Source: an uncultured Bacillota bacterium (GTDB taxonomy: Bacteria; Sysuimicrobiota; Sysuimicrobiia; Sysuimicrobiales; Segetimicrobiaceae). From it: a DNA stretch of 64,000 nt. How positions within the stretch are numbered: the stretch's first letter is position 1; each line of letters begins with the position of its first letter. A program made the position numbers and the translations under genes. Positions 49,806 through 57,849 of this stretch are shown in pieces. The notes under the pieces are model-generated. The model had not been told where the DNA came from and searched no databases. It was given only the letters and a program-made list of their open reading frames with translations. Location of the stretch: assembly GCA_963804645.1 (NCBI GenBank), contig CAWDRG010000001.1:32001-96000 (forward strand). The letters are read 5' to 3'.

Positions 49806-50456
49806 ATGACGGGAATGCCGACGCAACTGGTTGAACGAGCCCGCCCAGGCGCCCTCCGCGGCGTGGGCGGACGCGGCTTCGGGCCGTCCGACGGCGGCGC
49901 GCTGCCGTCGCGGGAGCCCGCCCCGGTCAGCAACGGGCTCCTCGGCGTGGCGGCGCTCCTGACCGCGGTCATCATCCTGTTCCTCGCGCTCACAAGCGCG
50001 TACCTGTACCGGCGCCAGGAGGCCGGATGGTCGACGCTCGCGGTGCCGGCCGTGCTCTGGTTCAACACGCTCGTGCTGCTCGCCAGCAGCGGGACCTTGG
50101 AGTGGGCACGCCGGCGGATCCGGCTCGGGGACACGGCGGGGCTGCGCCGCGGCGTCGAGGCGACCGGCGGCCTCGGGCTCGTCTTCGTGATCGGCCAGAT
50201 CGTCGCGTGGCGGCAGCTCGCCGCGCAGGGGATCTTCCTGACCACCAACCCCCACAGTTCCTTTTTCTATGTCCTGACCGCGACGCACGGACTGCACCTG
50301 CTCGGCGGGCTCGCCGCGCTCGCGATCGTCACCGTGCGGGCCTGGCAGGGCCGGTATACCGCGGCGCACCACGGCGGCATCGTCAACTGCGCGGTGTACT
50401 GGCACTTCCTGGATCTGCTGTGGGTCTACCTGTTCGTCCTGCTGTTCTGGGCCTGA
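49806..50456 (+). CDS. coxC: Cytochrome c oxidase subunit III family protein
   Basis: NT..LL.SS, FF..LT..HG.H, YWHFLD..W. Confidence 0.9.
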   Translation: MTGMPTQLVERARPGALRGVGGRGFGPSDGGALPSREPAPVSNGLLGVAALLTAVIILFLALTSAYLYRRQEAGWSTLAVPAVLWFNTLVLLASSGTLEWARRRIRLGDTAGLRRGVEATGGLGLVFVIGQIVAWRQLAAQGIFLTTNPHSSFFYVLTATHGLHLLGGLAALAIVTVRAWQGRYTAAHHGGIVNCAVYWHFLDLLWVYLFVLLFWA

Positions 50457-50496
50457 CGCGCGACCGGCGGGACCCGCCGAGGCAAGGGAGGCGATA

Positions 50497-51120
50497 ATGG
50501 GGGCGGTCAATACTTCCGAGCAGAACGCGACGATGGGCTCGCGCTGGGCCGGCGGGCGGTCCCCCTTCGACGTCGGCTGGGGCAAGCTCATGATGTGGCT
50601 GTTCCTGATGTCGGACGCCCTGACGTTCTCGGGCATGCTGATCGGCCTGTGGACGCTGCGGCTCGGCAGCCCGTCGTGGCCCGACCGCTCGCAGATCATG
50701 AACATTCGGCTCGTCGGCATCATGACGGTCATCCTGATCTGCAGCAGCACGACGATGGCGCTGTCCGTGTACGAGGCGCGGCGCGGGCAGCGCCGCCGGG
50801 CCGTGTGGTTTCTCGCCGCGACGATCATCGCCGGGTTCACCTTTGCCGGCCTGCAGGCGACCGAGTGGACGCACTTCATCCAGGACGGCGCGAGGCTCAA
50901 CGGAAACCCGTGGGGCGTCCCGCCGTTCAGCTTCACCTTCTTCATCATCACCGGGTACCACGGCCTTCACGTCATCGCCGGCTGCTTCTACCTGTGGGTG
51001 ATGGCGGTCCGGATCGCCAAGGGCCAATCCGGCGTCGGAGGCCTCGAGGTCGCGGGCCTGTATTGGGGCTTCGTCGACCTGGTCTGGGTCTTCATCTGGC
51101 CGTCGATCTACCTCTTATAG
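50497..51120 (+). CDS. coxC: Second cytochrome c oxidase subunit III family protein
   Basis: MWLFL.SD, FF.ITG.HG.HV, YW.FVDLVW. Confidence 0.9.
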   Translation: MGAVNTSEQNATMGSRWAGGRSPFDVGWGKLMMWLFLMSDALTFSGMLIGLWTLRLGSPSWPDRSQIMNIRLVGIMTVILICSSTTMALSVYEARRGQRRRAVWFLAATIIAGFTFAGLQATEWTHFIQDGARLNGNPWGVPPFSFTFFIITGYHGLHVIAGCFYLWVMAVRIAKGQSGVGGLEVAGLYWGFVDLVWVFIWPSIYLL

Positions 51121-51123
51121 CCG

Positions 51124-51483
51124 ATGGCGGCGGATCCGCACGCGAGGAGGGAACCTCCGATGCACCAGCACGACCCGCAGGTGATGGAAAATGAGGCGAT
51201 GGCGCCGCCGCAGACGTTCCTCATCGCGGCCCTCGTCCTCTTCCTGCTCACCGGAGTGGAAGTCAGCGTGGTGCTCGTGTTCACGCTGCCCACCGCCGTG
51301 CGCGTCACCATTCTGCTGATCACGGCGTGTCTCAAGGCGTCCCTGATCGGCGCGTACTACATGAACCTCAAATTCGAGCGGCTGGCGATGATGTATCTGG
51401 TCATCATCCCGCTCGTTGCACTCGCCCTCGTCCTGTTTTGGGGCGTCGTCCCGGACGCGGCCCGTCTCTTCGGGCTGCACTGA
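51124..51483 (+). CDS. coxD: Cytochrome c oxidase subunit IV family protein
   Basis: LT..EV, KA.LI..YYM.LKFE; three TM segments; start may be 51160. Confidence 0.85.
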   Translation: MAADPHARREPPMHQHDPQVMENEAMAPPQTFLIAALVLFLLTGVEVSVVLVFTLPTAVRVTILLITACLKASLIGAYYMNLKFERLAMMYLVIIPLVALALVLFWGVVPDAARLFGLH

Positions 51484-51507
51484 CCCGACGGCGGACCCAC
51501 CGCGCAC

Positions 51508-51541
51508 GGCAAAGGCGGCGCCCCACGGCGCCGCCTTTGCC
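51508..51541. terminator. Bidirectional terminator between the convergent cox operon and AKR gene
   Basis: GGCAAAGGCGGCGCC-CCAC-GGCGCCGCCTTTGCC perfect 15-bp stem. Confidence 0.8.
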
Positions 51542-51555
51542 ACGTCCGCGCGGAA

Positions 51556-52506
51556 TCAGGCGCTCGCCTGATCGAGCCGCTCGATCGCCTCCCGGTCCAG
51601 CACCAACCGCGTCGCCGCCACCAGTTCGTTCAGCTGCTCGGTGTTGGTGGCGCTCGCGATCGGGGATGTCACGCTCGGGCGCGCGATCAGCCAGGCGAGC
51701 GCGACCGCCCCGGGCGTGCTCGCGCAGCGCTTCGCGACCTCGTCGAGCGCGGCCAGGATCCGGAACCCGCGGTCGTTGAAGTAGCGCTTTTGGACGCCCT
51801 GCCCGCGGGGACTCTTGCCGAGATCCGCCTCCGACCGGTACTTGCCGGTGAGAAATCCGCTGCCGAGCGACGAGTACCCGATCACGCCGATGTGCTCCTT
51901 GAGACACAGCGGTTCGAGGGCGCTTTCATACCCCGCGCGCTCGAACAGATTGTATAGCGGCTGGAGGCTCTGGTACCGGGGAAACCCGTGCTGCGCGCTG
52001 AACGCAAGCGCCTGCGCGAGCCGCTCCGCCGTGAAGTTCGACGCGCCGATCGCCCGCACTTTCCCCTGCTTGATCAGGTCGGCGTAGGCGCCGAGTGTCT
52101 CCTCCATCGGCGTGTCCGGATCGTCCACGTGCGACTGGTAGAGGTCGATGTGATCGGTCTGAAGGCGCCGCAGCGAATCCTCAACCTCCCGCACGATGTA
52201 TGCTCTCGACAGGCCCTTCGTGCCGGACCCCATCTCCGCCCCCACCTTAGTGGCGATGAGGACCTGGCTGCGGTTCCGGCGGCTCGCCACCCAGCGCCCC
52301 ACGATCGTCTCCGATTCGCCGCCCGAGTGACCGGGCACCCACTTCGAGTACACGTCGGCGGTGTCGATGAAGTTGCCGCCGGCGGCGAGAAACGCGTCCA
52401 GCACCTTGAAGGACGCGGCCTCATCCGCCGTCCACCCAAATACATTGCCGCCGAGCGTCACGACCGAGACCGTCAATCCAGACTTTCCAAGCTCACGCGT
52501 GTTCAT
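51556..52506 (-). CDS. Aldo/keto reductase
   Basis: DTADVY, IATKVG, SLRRLQTDHIDLYQSH, IGASNF, GFLTGKY. Confidence 0.93.
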   Translation of the reverse strand: MNTRELGKSGLTVSVVTLGGNVFGWTADEAASFKVLDAFLAAGGNFIDTADVYSKWVPGHSGGESETIVGRWVASRRNRSQVLIATKVGAEMGSGTKGLSRAYIVREVEDSLRRLQTDHIDLYQSHVDDPDTPMEETLGAYADLIKQGKVRAIGASNFTAERLAQALAFSAQHGFPRYQSLQPLYNLFERAGYESALEPLCLKEHIGVIGYSSLGSGFLTGKYRSEADLGKSPRGQGVQKRYFNDRGFRILAALDEVAKRCASTPGAVALAWLIARPSVTSPIASATNTEQLNELVAATRLVLDREAIERLDQASA

Positions 52507-52592
52507 GCCCGCCTCCCCGCGTTCGAATCTGCGCCGCGGACGTCAGGCCCGGTGCCGAGGGCATCGGCCCAGACGTCCCCACACCAAAACCC

Positions 52593-52620
52593 ATTCGATC
52601 CGTGCGCGCCCGACTCCCGG
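52593..52620 (-). promoter_or_regulatory. Sigma-H-like promoter upstream of the AKR gene
   Basis: CCGGGA-N18-GAAT. Confidence 0.5.
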
Positions 52621-52749
52621 GTGCGGCACGGCAGGCGCCGGCGTGTCCGACGGCCTCATGCGGGGGGATGCTGCACGGTGCTCAGGCGAGATTGATCAAC
52701 ACACGGCGGCGCGCCGGCAACCGGCGCGGACGAGCGGCGGGGACCGGAA

Positions 52750-53739
52750 CTACTCGGTGACGACCGCCGCCGTGTACCCGAGGGTGCGGACGCGAGTCGC
52801 CAGCGCCTGCGCCTCGGCGTTTGAGCTGAACCCCCCATAGTAGACCGCGGCCCGCGTCGCCGAGAGCGGCATCACGCGCGGCGTTTCCGTCAGCCCGCTG
52901 GCGACGAGCGCGCCCACGCGGCGCACCGCCACCGCGCGGGGCAGCGATCCCGAGACGACGACGAATCGGGGCGATGGACGGACCGGGATGGCGCGCGACA
53001 GCGCGACCGCGGACGGTACGCGCGCCGGCGCGGACACGCGCGCAGCCTCGCGGCTCGGATGGGGCGCCGGCACGGCCGGCTGCACGCGGGCACGAATCGC
53101 CGCCGGCACATTCGCCGGGGACTTCAGGGACACCGGCGGCTCCGCTTGGGGGCGCGCTCCCGGCACGGCACGTCCGATCAACCAAGGAGTCGAGACGATC
53201 GCCGCGGTCAGCCCGACGGCCAGCACGACCAACGACGCGGCCAGCACCGCGGGTAGCCCGAGAAACTGTCGTCCGGTGATCACCGGCGCGCGCGGTCGTA
53301 CGTCGCGGCGCACCTGCAGGTCGGACAGCGCGGAGGGTCCGAGCACGGCCGCCTTCGTCACGTCGGGCGCGGGCGCCGTGGGCGCCGAGACCGGCGCGGC
53401 GTGCACAGGCTCCGGCTCGCCGGACAGCCGCGCCATAATCGCGCCGTACGCGGACTGCGCCATCGCCTGGGACATCACGAACCGCGGCTGACCGCTGTGC
53501 AGGAAATAGAGCAGATCGTCGTGGGCCCGCACTTCCCATCCGGAGGACCGTCGCGCCGGCCCAGGGATCGCCGAGCTCCGCGCCGTCGACTCCCGGCGCG
53601 TCCACCCCCGCAGCGCCCGGGGCACGCCGCCGAACGGGGACCGAAACTCGTATCGACGCCGACGCGTGCTGAGTTCGCCGCCGAACTCCGCGACGTCGAC
53701 CACGCACGATCGGTCTGGCCACCATCGGTTAACGCGCAT
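52750..53739 (-). CDS. Bitopic membrane protein with a C-terminal SPOR-like domain
   Basis: Central TM segment, Pro/Ala-rich linker, VYYGGFSSNAEAQALATRVRTLGY C-terminus; start uncertain. Confidence 0.6.
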   Translation of the reverse strand: MRVNRWWPDRSCVVDVAEFGGELSTRRRRYEFRSPFGGVPRALRGWTRRESTARSSAIPGPARRSSGWEVRAHDDLLYFLHSGQPRFVMSQAMAQSAYGAIMARLSGEPEPVHAAPVSAPTAPAPDVTKAAVLGPSALSDLQVRRDVRPRAPVITGRQFLGLPAVLAASLVVLAVGLTAAIVSTPWLIGRAVPGARPQAEPPVSLKSPANVPAAIRARVQPAVPAPHPSREAARVSAPARVPSAVALSRAIPVRPSPRFVVVSGSLPRAVAVRRVGALVASGLTETPRVMPLSATRAAVYYGGFSSNAEAQALATRVRTLGYTAAVVTE

Positions 53740-53979
53740 GCACTTCCACCCCGATGCCGACGTAGCCGCCCTTGCCGAACGCGCTCCTCTGCGTGCGGCG
53801 AAGCCGGCCTCTTATCTCCCCCCGTTATCGGTATTATCTCCAGGTGCCTGGCAGATCACGCATGAATTGCGTGCGCGTGGTACCAAAGTACCAGCCCCTA
53901 ATGATTTTGCTCGGTTCCCGCGGAAGAAATTGGGCGGCAGCGCGGTCCCGGCCCCCGACACGCGTTTGACGTGCGCGCG

Positions 53980-55125
53980 TTATCGCGCCGACGGCGCGGA
54001 TCCTGGATCTGTCCCCGCATCGGGAGCATGCGCGGCGGAGAGAATCAACCACAGCAAATGCCCGATCTGCCGCGTGCTTGGCCCCGGCGCGCTGCGGCTG
54101 AGATTGACGAGGATCAGATCGTCCGAGGGCACCACAAGGGCATACTGGCCCAAGTCGCCCCACGCCCAAAAACCCCCGGCAGGCAGACCGATCGCGGGAA
54201 CACCGCGGTCCGCGGGGCCGGTCCACCAGAGATACCCGTAGCCGAAGCCGCGTTCATCGACCGAATAGGCGGTCGCGCTGGCGTCGATCCAGCCGGCCGG
54301 AACGATGCTGCGGCCCCGCCACACGCCGTGGCGCAGGTAGAGGAGCGCAAATCTCGCCAAGTCCCGGGCGCTCATCCGGAAGGGATAGGCGGGGTAATCG
54401 GACGCCGCTCCGGTCACGTAGCGTCCGTCGAGCGGGGTATAGTCCTGCATGCCGATCGGCGCGGCGATCCGCACGGCGAAGGCGTTGAAGATCGTTGCGC
54501 CCGCGGCGCGCTCATAGATGGTGCCGAGCACGTTGAAGTCCCAGTTGTTGTAATACCAGAAGGTCCCGGGGGGGTGGCTCCCGCGCGGCGGCCGGCTGGC
54601 CGCCATGTCAGCCGTCTCGTAGAGGGCCGCGTGATACACACCCGAACGGGCTTCGAGCAGGTCCGCGATCGTCGCCTGCTTCTCCGCCGCGGTCAGCGAC
54701 GGGGGCGTGTCGTCGATCCCGAGCCGCGCGAGCGTATCGGTCAGGGTGATCTCATGACCCCGGACCGCGATCCCGATCAGGGCGTTGAGCAGGCTTTTGC
54801 GAATTGAATGCAGGTCGAGTTTGTCCGAGACGGAGCCCCACGACGCCACCACCAGGCCGTGCTGCACGACCATGACCGCCGTCGATCCGACGCGCGCGGA
54901 CCACGCCTGCGCCTCCGCCACCGTCTCGGCGGACCACCCCGCTTCCTCGGGTGTCACGCGGCCCCACTGCGCGGCGGGATAGAGGTTCGACCCACGCGCG
55001 GCGTCGCCCGCCGCCTGCCCGCCGTCGGCGCACATCCACACGACGAGGCCGACGCACAGGAACGTCCAGACCCGCCGTCCCGTCACGAGCCGCCTCCACG
55101 TACCCGCCGCCGCACGGTGCCCCAC
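53980..55125 (-). CDS. Serine hydrolase, beta-lactamase class C-like, secreted
   Basis: SIRK (SxxK), YNN (YxN), YGYLWW. Confidence 0.9.
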   Translation of the reverse strand: MGHRAAAGTWRRLVTGRRVWTFLCVGLVVWMCADGGQAAGDAARGSNLYPAAQWGRVTPEEAGWSAETVAEAQAWSARVGSTAVMVVQHGLVVASWGSVSDKLDLHSIRKSLLNALIGIAVRGHEITLTDTLARLGIDDTPPSLTAAEKQATIADLLEARSGVYHAALYETADMAASRPPRGSHPPGTFWYYNNWDFNVLGTIYERAAGATIFNAFAVRIAAPIGMQDYTPLDGRYVTGAASDYPAYPFRMSARDLARFALLYLRHGVWRGRSIVPAGWIDASATAYSVDERGFGYGYLWWTGPADRGVPAIGLPAGGFWAWGDLGQYALVVPSDDLILVNLSRSAPGPSTRQIGHLLWLILSAAHAPDAGTDPGSAPSAR

Positions 55126-55176
55126 CCCCCACCCGTGCGGGCCGCCCCGCGCCGGGCGGGGGCGCCTACGAAGCGG

Positions 55177-56499
55177 TCAACCCGCGTTGAGGTCGGCCTG
55201 CCACTTCTGCGTGAGGGAACTGATCGCGGCGCTCGCCGGCATCTGTTTCCCCCAGACCTGATCCATCGTCTTTGCCGCCAGCCCGGTCGACGTGTAGACC
55301 GTAAAGTCTGTCGCCGACACGAGGGGTATATCCGTAACCTGTGCGTCAGCCAGCCCCTCGATAAACCCCGCCTTGTACGCGTTCGGCCACCCGCCGTTGC
55401 GAAACGCGCTACTCGCCCGGATCGACTTGCGCGGAGAATCGACGCGCCCGGTGGTGACCCACGGCACACTGTTGTCCGACAGCCACTTGATGGCCTGCGC
55501 GGTGGCCTTATACCGCCCGGTGTCCTTCTGGACGTACATCTCGACGCCGTCGGCCGAATAAAACGTCGCCCGCTCGTTGCCGATCTTCGGCATGGGAAAC
55601 GAAAGGAAGTCCAGCTTCGCGCTCGCGTATCCGCTGATCGTCCACGGACCGGTGAAAAACATCGCCGCTTCGCCGGCCCCGAACGCCCGGTATCGATCGG
55701 CGTCGGCGACCGCCCGGGTGGACACCATGTACTTGTCAAACATGTCGAGCACCCACTGCGCCGCCTGTGCGCCTGCCTCTGGATTCACGCCAGCCTTCTT
55801 CAAGTCCGGGCTGGCACGGCGAAAGCCCATCTGATACGCGACCACGCTCCAGATGACCAGCGGCAGGGCGCCGGAACCGGTCATCATCCATCCCGACCGG
55901 GAGACGGTGCTCCCCTGACGGACGGTCATCTTCTGCGCCCATTCCAGAAGTTCGGCGCCGGTTTGTGGCGGCTTGCTGACATCGAGCCCGGCGGCGCGCG
56001 CGTACGCCACGTTGAGCAGCACCGCCATACTCGAGACGTCCATCGGCAGCATCTGCAGACTTCCGTAATACGTGCACACGTCCAGGTACCGCTGGTCGAA
56101 ATCGGACAGATCCAGCCCCGCCTGTTTGAGCGGCTCCTCGATCGGCACCGTCACGCCCTGCTTGGCCCACTGCGCGGTCAGTCCGTTCTCCGCGGTGCCG
56201 AAGTCGGGCGCATTCCCGGTGGCCGCTGCCGCCAACAGCTTCGTGCCGTACGTGTCGAGCGGCACGAACTCTTGTCGAATCTGCACGCCCTGACTCTTGT
56301 GCGCGTCGTTGAAGCTCGCGATCAGTTTGCCCCAGTCCGCGTTGTCAGATGCCGAATACCAGCTCCAATGCACGAGCTCGGTCGGACTCGACTGCGCGTA
56401 CCCGCGGGTTGGCGTCAGGAGATTACGCGACACCCACGCGCCGCCCGCGGCCGCGCCTGCCAGCGTCAACACCTTGCGGCGAGAGTATCGTGCCGACAC
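55177..56499 (-). CDS. Carbohydrate ABC transporter substrate-binding protein with Tat signal
   Basis: SRRKVL twin-arginine motif; GNAPD, P.T..EL, F..GEAAM...GPW. Confidence 0.88.
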   Translation of the reverse strand: MSARYSRRKVLTLAGAAAGGAWVSRNLLTPTRGYAQSSPTELVHWSWYSASDNADWGKLIASFNDAHKSQGVQIRQEFVPLDTYGTKLLAAAATGNAPDFGTAENGLTAQWAKQGVTVPIEEPLKQAGLDLSDFDQRYLDVCTYYGSLQMLPMDVSSMAVLLNVAYARAAGLDVSKPPQTGAELLEWAQKMTVRQGSTVSRSGWMMTGSGALPLVIWSVVAYQMGFRRASPDLKKAGVNPEAGAQAAQWVLDMFDKYMVSTRAVADADRYRAFGAGEAAMFFTGPWTISGYASAKLDFLSFPMPKIGNERATFYSADGVEMYVQKDTGRYKATAQAIKWLSDNSVPWVTTGRVDSPRKSIRASSAFRNGGWPNAYKAGFIEGLADAQVTDIPLVSATDFTVYTSTGLAAKTMDQVWGKQMPASAAISSLTQKWQADLNAG

Positions 56500-56720
56500 T
56501 CGGACCACCTCCTCCGAAACGTTCGGTGTGGGATCCTCCGGCGCCGTCCCCGACGCCGTGCACCCCGACGGTGCTCTCCCAAAACCAGCGAGCGCCCGCC
56601 CGGCGACGCTGCGTCGGCCGCGCGCTCGTCGCGCCGGTCAGCCCGACCGCGCCCGCCTCGCCGGTGCGGGATGTTTCGCGGCGGCCCCTCCTCTGCCGCC
56701 CACTCCCGGAGACGTCATTG

Positions 56721-57803
56721 CTAACCACTCCACGCGCGCGGCACGAACAGCCGCTCGCGCGTGCGGATCGCGAACCGGTCGGTCATACCGGCGAGGAAGT
56801 CGCACACGGTGCGGTGGACCGACTCGCGCCCTTCATCGAGGAGCCGGCGGGAGTCCGCCGTGACCTCTTCGGGATGCGCGACAAAATGCTCGAACAGATC
56901 CGCGATGAGGCGCTGCGCCTTCCCGACCTCCGCTTTCGCCGCGGACCCCTGGTACACCACCACGAACAGAAACTCCTTAAGTTCGTTCATCGCGACCCGC
57001 ACCGGCTCGCTCATGCCGAGGCGCGGCGTCCCGGTCGACTGCTGGACGATATCGACCACTGTCGCGTTGATCCACTGGCCGCGCGTCTCCCCGAGGATGC
57101 GGCGGACCCCGATGGGTACGTCGCGCTCGTCGATCAATCCGGCGCGAATCGCGTCGTCCGTATCGTGGTGCACGTACGCGACGCGGTCGGCCACGCGCGC
57201 GAGCTGCCCCTCGACCGTGTCCGGGATCGCCTCGGGCAGCGCCTCCTCGATCGCCGGCAGCACCTCAAGATCGCGCCGCCCCTTGGAGTGGCCGCCGATG
57301 CCGTCGCGGACCTCCCACGTCAGATTGAGGCCGTCCTCGTAGGTTCCGGCCTGCGTGCGCCGATGCTCGAGCAGTTCCACGATCCGGAGGCTCTGCACGT
57401 CGTGGCGGAACCCGCCGTAACCGGCCATCAGCCGGTCCAGCTCCTCCTCCCCCGCGTGCCCGAACGGCGGATGGCCAAGGTCGTGCGCCAGCACGATCGC
57501 CTCCGTGAGGTCTTCGTTGATCCGAATCGCGCGTGCGATCGTGCGCGCGATCTGTGCGACCTCCAGCGTGTGCGTCAGCCGGGTGCGGTAGTGGTCGCCT
57601 TCCGGAGCGAGAAAGACCTGGGTCTTGTGCATCAACCGGCGAAACGCCTTGGAGTGCAGCACCCGATCGCGGTCGCGCTGAAAGGCGGTCCGGAGCAGAT
57701 CCGGCGCTTCGGGGCGCACGCGCCCGCGCGACCGCGCGCTCCGCGCGCCCCACGGCGACAGCGTCTGGTCCTCCAGCGCCTCGGTCACTTCGCGCGGCGT
57801 CAT
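56721..57803 (-). CDS. dgt: Deoxyguanosinetriphosphate triphosphohydrolase-like HD protein
   Basis: FRRL.HKTQV, RTRLTH, HDLGHPPFGHAGE, AD..AY..HD. Confidence 0.95.
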   Translation of the reverse strand: MTPREVTEALEDQTLSPWGARSARSRGRVRPEAPDLLRTAFQRDRDRVLHSKAFRRLMHKTQVFLAPEGDHYRTRLTHTLEVAQIARTIARAIRINEDLTEAIVLAHDLGHPPFGHAGEEELDRLMAGYGGFRHDVQSLRIVELLEHRRTQAGTYEDGLNLTWEVRDGIGGHSKGRRDLEVLPAIEEALPEAIPDTVEGQLARVADRVAYVHHDTDDAIRAGLIDERDVPIGVRRILGETRGQWINATVVDIVQQSTGTPRLGMSEPVRVAMNELKEFLFVVVYQGSAAKAEVGKAQRLIADLFEHFVAHPEEVTADSRRLLDEGRESVHRTVCDFLAGMTDRFAIRTRERLFVPRAWSG

Positions 57804-57849
57804 CGGCCCTCGTCCCCCCGTGCCGCGGCCCGCGGCCGTAACGGTCTTG

